Assembly (NCBI RefSeq): GCF_964355755.1
Contig: NC_092673.1
Location: forward strand, 31,865,648 to 31,929,647
Length of the DNA stretch: 64,000 bases
Reading direction: 5' to 3'
Source: Antedon mediterranea
Taxonomy: Eukaryota; Animalia; Echinodermata
How positions within the stretch are numbered: the stretch's first letter is position 1; every line of letters begins with the position of its first letter. The position numbers and the translations under genes are program-made. The notes under the pieces are model-generated. The model worked only from the letters and a program-made list of their open reading frames with translations. It was not told the origin of the DNA and searched no databases. Positions 26,166 through 37,100 of this stretch are shown here, in pieces.

Positions 26166-26494
26166 TTTAAATTTTGGTTTTCAACTACTTATATGAAAAT
26201 TCAAGTTAAGAACGCAGTATAATGACAATGACTGGGCGTTTAGTAACACCTTTCACCGCGGTGATTAGCGGACAGACTTCCTCCGATAACTCGGTATTTG
26301 TTAACAATCTTTTAGAAAATAATTTACTTTAAAAAAATAAAACAAGTCGTTTGATGATATGACATAGTGTTATGGCGAATATCAAACTTAGTTAGAGAAG
26401 TAAATACTGTTTCTGTTTACATGCGTGTCATAGTAGAGTTTGTAATTACGTTTTTTCAATATAAATGTATTATTATGTTGTCGATAGTTGTGTA

Positions 26495-27622
26495 ATGTCG
26501 TGATGTGGTTTCCCGATTAATCGTACGATCAAAACGGTACTGGGTATGATCAACTAGCGTTCGTGTTCCCACCGAATCATCCATTCATAGAAGTACTGAT
26601 GAAGATATCAATCTGTGGCGACAATAGAATGGACCCGAGACCTGGCTATCTTCGACTTTTAAATAATAGAAAGTTTAGACAAATGTTTTTGTTAAACTAG
26701 AAATGTACGCTGTATGTATTATAGGAAAATGGTTGTAGTTTTCAAAATTACGTTGTATAAGTTGCGATGTGAAAAACTGTTATTTGATCGTTAGTTGTCG
26801 TGTACATAAAGCAAAAATATAAATAGCCTATAATAAAATAAAATAAAAATCGTTAGTAAAACTTTTAAAAAGAGTAAAGATATAAGGAAGAAAAGCAAAG
26901 AGATCATGGAGCGGCTGTACCAGAATATACAACACTAAGTATTGTAAAGTTAAAAACAAAAAATTTAGGCGATCTTGTCAAAGGTCAAGCGCCTTCAGCC
27001 TGCCACGTTTCGATATTCAATATTGAACTTGACCTCGTGAGGTGGTTTCCCGATTAATCGTACGATCAAAACGGTACTGGGTATGTCGTGATGTGGTTTC
27101 CCGATTAATCGTACGATCAAAACGGTACTGGGTATGATCAACTAGCGTTCGTGTTCCCACCGAATCATCCATTCATAGAAGTACTGATGAAGATATCAAT
27201 CTGTGGCGACAATAGAATGGACCCGAGACCTGGCTATCTTCGACTTTTAAATAATAGAAAGTTTAGACAAATGTTTTTGTTAAACTAGAAATGTACGCTG
27301 TATGTATATAGGAAAATGGTTGTAGTTTTCAAAATTACGTTGTATAAGTTGCGATGTGAAAAACTGTTATTTGATCGTTAGTTGTCGTGTACATAAAGCA
27401 AAAATATAAATAGCCTATAATAAAATAAAATAAAAATCGTTAGTAAAACTTTTAAAAAGAGTAAAGATATAAGGAAGAAAAGCAAAGAGATCATGGAGCG
27501 GCTGTACCAGAATATACAACACTAAGTATTGTAAAGTTAAAAACAAAAAAATTAGGCGATCTTGTCAAAGGTCAAGCGCCTTCAGCCTGCCACGTTTCGA
27601 TATTCAATATTGAACTTGACCT
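26495..27622. repeat. ~540-bp direct tandem duplication with a 50-bp partial unit between; third partial copy at 28480-28641
   Basis: 26495-27035 is nearly identical to 27084-27622. Confidence 0.92.
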
Positions 27623-28969
27623 GACGTGGTTCCACAATATCTTTATATGAAAATGGTAGAATTGATAGAAAATAATAATTAATTCAAAATTTACCTAAAA
27701 TGGTATTGAACTGAATCGATGGATGTCTTGTCGTTGTATGGTTTTGGTTTGGTTTAAAAGTATGTTCGATAAAGTGCGTGAGCGTATTAGAATGAAATGC
27801 TAGCGTATACAATGTGCGCGATGTCAAGTTGTGTACTGTGTGGTACATGTAAGATTATAAGTGTATCGTACATTGTAGTAGCAAAGATTATATAGCGCCG
27901 CTACGCGGCGCAAGATAGGTAACTGTTGCCAAGCTCCTATCTTATAACACTACGCGCCCAGTAAATCCATGGACGCCATTCGGGCGGACAGGTTATTATT
28001 GTGATTTAAATGTAAATGGTTTAAATTTTGCGGTCCGCCTCGAAGTATCTGTGGTTAACCATCTTTATGATTGATTCATGGAAAAGGGAAGAAATTATGT
28101 AAACAAAGTAAAATAAAAGTTTCTTTGGGATCTGGACACTTTCCGATTAATTCTGTGTGTTTACATTGATATGTTTGGTTAGACAACTTCGTTCTTTAAC
28201 CGAAATATCGTGGATATTGCCTTGACAACGACTTTATTCCGGTTCAAACTTGTCCGCCGGAATGGCGTCCATGGATTACAAAGGTCTCACCCAGTTACCT
28301 ATACAATCTTTGTTAGTAGAGCGAAAATAACATAGGTATAAAGGTAGGATATAAATAAGTAGTATAGGATGTATAGAAAAAGGAATGGGTTGTTAGTTAC
28401 AGGAAAGATTTTGAATGTGAGGAATGACTATGATGGTTAACTCCCACTAGAGATCTATGTCGGCACCTAGGCCTGTATAATGTCGTGATGTGGTTTCCCG
28501 ATTAATCATACGATCAAAACGGTACTGGGTATGATCAACTAGCGTTTGTGTTCCCACCGAATCATCCATTCATAGAAGTACTGATGAAGATATCAATCTG
28601 TGGCGACAATAGAATGGACCCGAGACCTGGCTATCTTCGACGTATATAACAATATATGTTAAAGGTGTCTTCCGACATATAATTAATACGGGGTATTTTA
28701 TAACAAAGACAAAAATAAAAAGAAGACTATAATGAAGTGATATAATAAGTATGTCTTGCTTGATCTTTGGCGATATAATCCAAAGACATTTTTAGGATTT
28801 GAAAATAAAGGTTATTTAAGTATGTACAATTAAGTAAATAATAATAAAAACACATTTCCTGACAAAATTAGTTTCTATGTTACAACTTCTTTTTAAAAAC
28901 AAAAATAAATGTTTTAAGTTGTAACTTTCTTGGTAATTACATCCATTATCATTTGTTTTGTCGAGCGTT

Positions 28970-29417
28970 ATGGTTGATTTAGAGGAAGTAGTTTTAGCAT
29001 ACATTGAATATAAATTGACTGGGTTAATTGTTTTGGATTCACCCATCCTCCAGAGTACTATTCGTGCTTGTAAAGAGTTGGAAAACAATTTTAATGTGTT
29101 AGAATTGTGTAAAGATATTTCTTCGGAAGCGCTGTATTATGTATTAGAACAAATGATGAGCGATAAAAAAAATAAATGTCGGCAGATTTGTGACAGGACT
29201 CGTTGTATGTACATGTGTTGCGAAACAATGTGATATATTTCTCAATAATAACCCTTTACTTTATAAATTTGGTAAAAATACATTTATAATATGCCTTTTT
29301 ATTGAAACCGTCGTTATATATCGTGCGTCTCAAATTTGTTTTCTTTTGTGTGCGTTTTATTTTTTTAGCAGTACGTATTGTGTCTTTCTTAAAAGATTTA
29401 AAATTGAAAACACGTAG
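28970..29417 (+). pseudogene. Bcl-2-family-like gene, copy 2 (~148 aa if one A in the A8 run at 29165-29172 is removed)
   Basis: MVDLEEVVLAYIEYKLTG (cf. Bcl-2 BH4 DNREIVMKYIHYKLSQ); DKKINVGRFVTGLVVCTCVAKQC (cf. BH1 NWGRIV); hydrophobic C-terminus with a basic tail. Confidence 0.72.
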
Positions 29418-29746
29418 AAAATGAAATTCATTTTGAAATAAAGAAATTGTATTTAAATTTAATTAATCTATGCTTTATACATTTTGTATGTTTATTTTTG
29501 TAATATTACTTATTATACATAAAATATAGCTTTACATTACAGATCTATTGTACTGTTTAAAATTAAAAGAAGTAAACAGAATATTTATAATCACAATCAT
29601 TTATTATGTGTGTTTGCAATTACATTTAACAACAACAGAAAAGAAAAACAAATTAAATTAAGTCGATAAATAAATTTACCGTGAATTAAAGTAGGAAAAC
29701 TACTTTTACAAATTTACACTGACAGTAAAATAAGTCAAAACATAGG

Positions 29747-30215
29747 TGTAGTGAATTTATTTTAGTTGGTTCCGAGCTTTCTCAGGCGTATATATATAAC
29801 TCCACGCGACGTACACTGTCACTGAATGATAACTCATACAAAAAGTATATTTAACTCAACTAGAACTTTTATTCTTTGTAACTCGATTAATACATCTTTC
29901 TACCACTACCAGTCAAGCCTTAATATTTTCTTTATCATCTTTCCGTTTATCTACTCTGATCTTATTCTCTCTTCTTGGTTTATCTACTCTGATCTTATTC
30001 TCTCTTCTCGTTTATCTACTCTGATCTTATTCTCTCTTCTCCCCTTAATGTTTATTACATTCCACTTTTATACTGGATATGCAAATTTTAGGCTTCAGAG
30101 GAGGATAACATTTTCCCTCCAAAATTTATACGATTTTGATTGGCTAATAATAAGGCGGACCTGGTCTAAAGCATCCTTCTCTAAACACAGAGAATCACAA
30201 CATAATAATATGACA
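29747..30215. mobile_element. Solo LTR, 469 bp, 5-bp TSD
   Basis: TG...CA ends, flanked by ATAGG on both sides. The left arm shows the empty site with a single ATAGG. Confidence 0.85.
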
Positions 30216-30882
30216 ATAGGCCTAATTAATTTAATTTCATTAAACAAATCTATTGCAATACACAATTCACAAACATAATAATAATTTAACAGAAAAGAAA
30301 ACAAATTATTTTCCGGGCCGATTCCTTGTACCATAACAACTAACCTTTCAGGCCCAGGTACAATTGTTTGATCAAACTACATCGGGTGAATAACGAGAGA
30401 AGGAATTAAAGTAAGACAATATGTATATAATACGCGTGGAATCTAACACACGGTTACGAATTCTAGTTATATCATTATTACGATGATCGGGAATCTCTAA
30501 AATACTACAAACATAACGATAAAATGGAGTTTGAGCAAATATTGATCATACCAACATGAACGGGTAAAACTAAATACAATACAACAGTAATTGAAATTAA
30601 AATAAAACACTTGACAAATCATTGACAATAAAACTATTTTCTTTTCAATACGTTCATGACAATACCGCTTGAAAAAATCGCTACATCAAAAATGTTGTTT
30701 TTGAATGGTAGAGAGTGAGATTTTGGTTTACGGGTTATTTTGTTAGGATTAGTTGTTGTTATTTTTTCCAGTCCGATTCCTTGTACCATGCTACCAACTA
30801 TTTCAAAATTGACTTCCTTTGATTTTTGGAAATTTAAAGTCAAACAGTTTGTCTGAATCAAATTTTATACACATTATTTTTC

Positions 30883-31097
30883 CAAATCCTCCCCATTGTT
30901 CATCAATTTCGTTTGAATTTACGTTGAATGGATTTGTGTAATGTATATGTATCTTGCTTGCTCAGTCAGTCTTGAACTTGTCTCTTGGTAATATTTAAAT
31001 CGTATTTTACCTTTTGATAAAGTCGGTCCACACCACCAAAACTATTAGGATGCTTAGGATCGTAATATACTTTTCTTAAGTACTCATCCATACTCAT
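30883..31097 (-). pseudogene. Polinton/Maverick retroviral-like integrase, N-terminal fragment
   Basis: MDEYLRKVYYDPKHPNSFGGVDRLYQKVK...ITKRQVQD*LSKQDTYTLHKSIQRKFKRN then IDEQW..DL, the characteristic Maverick integrase N-terminus. Stop at 30966; deleted downstream. Confidence 0.85.
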
Positions 31098-31207
31098 TAC
31101 CCTCATTCACCCAAATGAAAATTATAAAAATAAATAAAATACTTAAATAACACGCAAAGATCAAATTCATATTCGTTGTTGTTGCTTTTAAAAGAAAAAA
31201 CACAACC

Positions 31208-31689
31208 TTTATTTTAACACATATTCTATTTCAATATAATTTACAACCATAATAATAATAAATTTACCGAAAAGAAATAAGAATTATAAAAATATGTAAC
31301 ATTAATTTAAAAAGTGTTAAGATATTATTTTAAATTTGTACAAATTACATTTGGTAAAGAATCTTATTAAAAAGTTCTGAATCATTTGTAATCAACTTTA
31401 TGGCTTTAGCGAACGCATCAACATTTATACAACGTAAATGAAAGTAGTTTTATTTTAACACACATTCTATTTCAATATATTTTACAACCATAATAATAAT
31501 AAATTTACCGAAAAGAAATAAGAATTATAAAAATATATAACATTAATTAAAAGTGTTATGATAATATTTAAATTTGTTTAAATTACAATTGGTTAAGAAT
31601 CTTATTAAACAGTTCTGAATCATTTGTAATCAACTTTATGGCTTTATCGAACGCATCAGCATTGATACAACGTAAATGAAAGTAGTTTA
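31208..31689. repeat. ~240-bp direct tandem duplication covering the apparent 3' end and polyA signal of an unknown minus-strand gene
   Basis: 31208-31450 is similar to 31449-31689. Minus frame ...NYFHLRCINADAFDKAIKLITNDSELFNKILNQL* followed by AATAAA. Confidence 0.7.
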
Positions 31690-31728
31690 GCGCCCATTCA
31701 AAATGGGTAGCGCTATTGTCCACAAGTT

Positions 31729-32366
31729 AAAATTGAAGTAGAACCCTGTAACTTCTTTCAAATAATCTCGAAGATCTTTCAGGACCGGTGGCCATGGCAA
31801 GGCTGGTACTATATTGCCTGAATATTATGTTAAACCCGTATCACCATAAGAAACCTGTCAAGTTGAAACATACTATTAAAAATATGATTACAATTATAAT
31901 CAGTTGGATTCTGATTAACTGTTACTCTGTTGCATAAAACAAAAACAGTGCGGTAAAACAAAAACAGTGCGGTAGGCCGGTAATTAAAATGTAAACATGC
32001 ATCTTTTTTAAACGTAATAGTATGTAGCCTATATTAACATCATGACACCATGAAGTAAAATAAAGAGAAACTAACCTGTTTTCTAGGTATATTAAACCAT
32101 CTACCAAACACTTTCACCTTTGCAAGATCACCTGTAAAATAATCAATCTCTTCCTCACATTGTTTATACAAATTATCAGCTGAGCTTTTATAAAGAAGTT
32201 GAATGTAATTACAATCTAAATTTTCTCTCGATATTTTGTGTACTGGAAATTTAAAATATGGGGAAATCATCTGCCGCTGATCAGATTTGATTAGCTTCCG
32301 AGTGAAATCTATTTCATTACTTTTACGTGCCTCTGTTGGTTCCTCTGAGTAGTCATCCTTTACCAT
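31729..32366 (-). pseudogene. ALKBH2: ALKBH2-like (AlkB DNA demethylase) gene fragment, exons 32076-32366 and 31729-31854
   Basis: ENLDCNYIQLLYKSSADNLYKQCEEEIDYFTGDLAKVKVFGRWFNIPRKQ|VSYGDTGLT*YSGNIVPALPWPPVLKDLRDYLKEVTGFYFNF aligns to ALKBH2 (EYFTGALARVQVFGKWHSVPRKQATYGDAGLTYTFSG...FNF). Phase-0 GT-AG intron. Stop at 31825. Truncated before the HxD catalytic motif. Confidence 0.85.
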
Positions 32367-32825
32367 ACACACTAAAATAATGTATGCATGATGTCAGTAG
32401 CGTCCCTCTTTGCCTCCTTTTTGTTTTATTTTAACAGGAAACAAAGAATTCTCTATGTAAAACGTAAACCATTTAAATGAAAATGAAAGTTAATTTAAAG
32501 TTAGAAATAATTATTGTTTGTTTTACCTTTTTTTAAAATAAAGAGTGAAACTAACATCTTGCTTGACGTCACACAATTCATACATTGCGAAGCTCCATTG
32601 TTATAATTTCTGGCCGAAATTAAGTCGGTATAGTTCGGTATTTGTCGTTGTTACTTTTTATTGTTGTCATTGATTAACTTCCAAAACCAAACAACTCTAT
32701 TGTCTTACTTCCTTACCATCATTAACCATTGTCTTTTTCAAATTAAATAACATCTCCATTGTTTTACTTCCTTACCATTGTTTACCATTGTATTAATTAT
32801 AATAGGAATAACTAATGTCATCCAC

Positions 32826-34001
32826 TCAAACGCCCTCTACGGGGGCTGCACCTGCATGTATTACTACTCCCCTACCTTGCCATTGGGTCTTTTGTTGATG
32901 TGGTTTTGACTCTGGTTGCGATTGTTGACTTTGTTGCTGGGTATGAGCACTGCCTAGAGTCGATTGTTTTAACATTTTCTCAATTCTGCTCATTCGCTCA
33001 ATCAAATCGTTATTTTGGACTGAATGAGATGCAGCCACTGCGTTGCGGCTTTGCCCTTTAGCCTTCATCTGTCTATTTGATGTTTCTTCCTCCCACCGTC
33101 TCACTTTTCCTAGTAGGGTAAGATATGTTGGTGGTGCTTCTTGTAATTCTCTTAAACGCAAGTCCACTAACAGCAATGGTTCGAAGATGTTGCCCCTTAT
33201 GAACTGCTTCAGAATTGCGGCATTCATCCTGTCTTCTGATATACCTCCCTTTTGCAGAACATGTCGTAAAGAATCCTGCAGTCGTGTGAGGTAATGTGAT
33301 GGCATTTCCCCTGTCTTTTGCTCAATCGAAAAGAATTGTTGGAACAATTCTTCACCTGTAAGCGTTGAGCCATACACTACCTCCATAGCTTGCAGATAAT
33401 CTTTTGCTGAAGCTGATGGGTTTTCTCGCCGGAGGTCATCAATAACATCCAACGCTGGAGAATGGAGTGCCTCACGTAGTCGCCTTTTCTTTTCAGCTTG
33501 TGAAACCTCTGTCTCCGATTCTTCAATAAGGGCCTTTGCCTGTGTCCTCCATACATGATATGGGTCTTCGTCTTTCCTTTTGTCAGTTCGGCCAGAGAAT
33601 ACTCTAAGTTTTCGGTAGTTTACTGACAGTCTAGCCACATTTAGCAATTCACTGTGATGAGTTGAATGACTTGGTTGGGGTGACGTGGAGGGAAGTAATG
33701 ATGAAAACTCTTCTACCCGTTTGACTATAATCGTAAGATTTATTGTGTCATCTTCTTCAGAGATTTCAAATTCTTCTGGAATGTTCATATCTGCTGTTTT
33801 CAATGACAGTCTAGCTAATATGAAAGTTTTCTTGAAGTCATGTTTGTCGATTTCGTCTCTTCGTTTTATCTCTTCAACTGGCAGAGCACCACACAACTTT
33901 CTATATAGCCTGTGAGTAGCCACTGTTGTTCTAGGCGCAGACAGTAAAATTGACCTATCAATAGGGTAACCTACAAGATTATACTCTATTAATTTCGACA
34001 T
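32826..34001 (-). CDS. PNMA-like Gag of a Gypsy LTR retrotransposon (pol absent)
   Basis: Motifs YRKLRVFSG, EKKRRLREALHSPA, YLQAMEVVYG and QKTGEMPSHYLTRL. Lies just downstream of a PBS and LTR. Confidence 0.85.
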   Translation of the reverse strand: MSKLIEYNLVGYPIDRSILLSAPRTTVATHRLYRKLCGALPVEEIKRRDEIDKHDFKKTFILARLSLKTADMNIPEEFEISEEDDTINLTIIVKRVEEFSSLLPSTSPQPSHSTHHSELLNVARLSVNYRKLRVFSGRTDKRKDEDPYHVWRTQAKALIEESETEVSQAEKKRRLREALHSPALDVIDDLRRENPSASAKDYLQAMEVVYGSTLTGEELFQQFFSIEQKTGEMPSHYLTRLQDSLRHVLQKGGISEDRMNAAILKQFIRGNIFEPLLLVDLRLRELQEAPPTYLTLLGKVRRWEEETSNRQMKAKGQSRNAVAASHSVQNNDLIERMSRIEKMLKQSTLGSAHTQQQSQQSQPESKPHQQKTQWQGRGVVIHAGAAPVEGV

Positions 34002-34121
34002 CTTGGCTCTTTTTAACTACTTAGAAATAAATAAAACCTACTTATCAGAATACTGTAATTACAAGACGTAAATAATGGTGATTAACCACACACACAATAG
34101 TAATAAAATATATATTACGTT

Positions 34122-34138
34122 TCCCGGACGAGCCCCTA
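34122..34138 (-). other. Primer-binding site complementary to tRNA-Pro
   Basis: Minus strand TAGGGGCTCGTCCGGGA, 3 nt after the LTR end (canonical TGGGGGCTCGTCCGGGAT). Confidence 0.8.
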
Positions 34139-34141
34139 ATT

Positions 34142-37100
34142 TGTAACCCGAGTTTCTAGCAAGAAACTAAAATTTCCAAAAAGTATTAAATAATCAAATC
34201 AAGGAAAACGCCTTATAAATTAAAATGTAGATTTATTCCTTTGACATCAACTTGTCGGAATTTACATAAAACCAATATTATTTATTCACAAGATAAAACA
34301 TTAAAGTGTCCACAAAACTAAAAGTTTATATTAAAATTGAGTCTTCAGTTGAAACAATTCCGACTTGAAAGGTTCCACAGTAGAGTAAATGTTATCAACG
34401 AAATGTTCCGACCAATGGTGTAATAATTGCAATAATGAGTCGTAAATTTCAAAAGTAGTGTTTTCTCATCTAAGAAAAGAGAAAATATATACATATACTA
34501 TATTATAACTATAAAAGAATTTAAATCAAATATCATTTGGTACATAATTAAAATACCACAATGTTTGCAAAATAACCTAGGCTATGATAGACAATCAAAC
34601 AAAATAAAACATAATCCGTCAATACCGCCAGGTTCGATTAACACTGATTGGTAATGATTATTCACACTACTCATTAAAACAATAGTTACATTATATAGTT
34701 AGAGGTACTTCGTTTGGTAAGTATGCTAATACTTGATACCAATATAACGACATTGCAACGCAATGAATAATAGCAATAGGGTCATTCCATACCAAATCAC
34801 CCAAAAAAAATGACATTTTAAACCCTACTTTCTTGAAATTTGCTCAAATTTGGTTTTTGGGTTATTTTTAGCCAAAAAACCTGAAATTTTTAATTTGAGC
34901 GCCCTACGACCAACGGTTCGTGCGCTGCGCGCCGTCGTTTCTTCGCGATTTTGCGCAAAATCGACGCGGCAGACTATACTTAAATGACCGTATCTCCGTA
35001 ACGTGTGGACCGATTTTGTTGTGACGGGTATCTTTGGAAAGCTAATTGTTAAAGCTATCCAAATCTTCCATTTACTTTTGAGATAGAACTATTTAAAAGA
35101 TGTATAACTTATTCTATTCCATTTGACCTAGGATTTGACCTTGTGGGACAAATTTTTTTTAGATGAAATTTTGTGAAAATTATCTCCTACATGATATTTA
35201 CATAATATAAAAAAATTGGAGATATATTATTTTTTGTTTGCTTTCTAGCTCATTTCAAAGTTGGCTTACTTCAACAATTCTGGTATTTCTATACAGTGTA
35301 GATGTATTGTCGACATTATATCACTACCAAATTTACCTCTTAATACTATGGGTGTCACTGTCAGATTATTTAAGACTATAACAATGCTTTAATTATATTT
35401 TCATGCTCCATACAAAATAATTATTACTTAGGTAAACATCTGTACACCATTTGACTACCCCATTTGGTTAGCCAAGGATGTACCATCAGTTTATTGCACT
35501 CTTTTCACACTTTCAAGCAAATTGAATCTTGAATTTTTTTTGTTTGATGATATAAATTTTGAAAACATTGATTGTTCTTTGTATTTTGTTCACTTATTTC
35601 TTCACTCATAATTAGGCTATAATTACGTTATAAACGGCATGGACCGGGGTGACGATACGTGGGTTGGGGCAAGTAGGGTGCAGTCATTTCAAGTAAAAAT
35701 ACCACTTGCCCCGGTCCATGCCGTCTAGCTGCCATTTTATGCAATTTTAAAACATTACTACAATTTTAACATTTTTATAAAAAATGCAATATAACCGCAT
35801 AAATTTATAGGGCTATAATTACGTTATAAAACGGCATGGACCGGGGTGACGATACATGGGTTGGGGCAAGTAGGGCCCAGTTATTGCATAAAAATACCAC
35901 TTGCCCTGGTCCATGCCGTCTAGCTGCCATTTTATGCAATTTTAAAACGTTACTACAATTTAAATTTTTTTAATAAAAAATGCAATATAAATGCATGATA
36001 TATAGGGCTATAATTACATTATAAACGGCATGGACCGGGGTGATGATACATGGGTTAGGGCAAGTAGGGTCCACTCATTTCAGAAAAATACCACTTGCCC
36101 CGGTCCATGCCGTCTAGCTGCCATTTTATGCAATTTTAAAACATTACTACAATTTTAACATTTTTATAAAAAAATGCAATATAACCACATAAATTTGTAG
36201 GGCTATAATTACGTTATAAAACGGCATGGACCGGGTTGACGATACATGGGTTGGGGCAAGTCGTAATTTTATGCATTGACTACTACTACTTGCCCTAACC
36301 AATGTATCGTCACCCCGGTCCATGCCGTTTATAACATAATTATAGCCTTATAAATCATGTGGTTATATTGCATTTTTTACAAAAACGTAAAATTGTAGTA
36401 ACGTTTTAAAATTGCATAAAAAAATGGCAGCTAGACGGCATGGACCGGGGCAAGTGGTATTTTTACTTGAAATGACTGCACCCTACTTGCCCCAACCCAC
36501 GTATCGTCACCCCGGTCCATGCCGTTTATAACGTAATTATAGCCTAATTATGAGTGAAGAAATAAGTGAACAAAATACAATGAACAAAAATGTAAAATAA
36601 TGATGAACAGCAAAGAACAATCAATGTTTTCAAAGTTTATATCATTAGGCCTAATATCATCAAACAAAAAAAATTCAAGATTCAATTTGCTTGAAAGTGT
36701 GAAAAGAGTGCCATAAACTGATGGTACATCCTTGGCTAACCAAATGGGGTAGTCAAATGGTGTACAGATGTTTACCTAAGTAATAATTATTTTGTATGGA
36801 GCATGAAAATATAATTAAAGCATTGTTATAGTCTTAAATAATCTGACAGTGACACCCATAGTATTAAGAGGTAAATTTGGTAGTGATATAATGTCGACAA
36901 TACATCTACACTGTATAGAAATACCAGAATTGTTGAAGTAAGCCAACTTTGAAATGAGCTAGAAAGCAAACTAAAAATAATATATCTCCAATTTTTTTAT
37001 ATTATGTAAATATCATGTAGGAGATAATTTTCACAAAATTTCATCTAAAAAAAATTTGTCCCACAAGGTCAAATCCTAGGTCAAATGGAATAGAATAAGT

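Larger units (their letters stand above)
28642..30584. repeat. Right arm of the inverted duplication (contains the solo LTR)
   Basis: Reverse complement of 23729-25186. Confidence 0.92.

Noticed and set aside
23729-30584. Inverted arms as genuine Polinton terminal inverted repeats
   Set aside because: PolB and integrase lie outside the arms, and no AG/CT short-repeat termini or 6-bp TSD are seen.
32040-32372. Functional host ALKBH2
   Set aside because: Exon 2 has an in-frame stop and the catalytic half is missing.
32826-34001. Domesticated host PNMA gene
   Set aside because: Directly preceded by an LTR and a tRNA-Pro PBS, so it is retrotransposon Gag.
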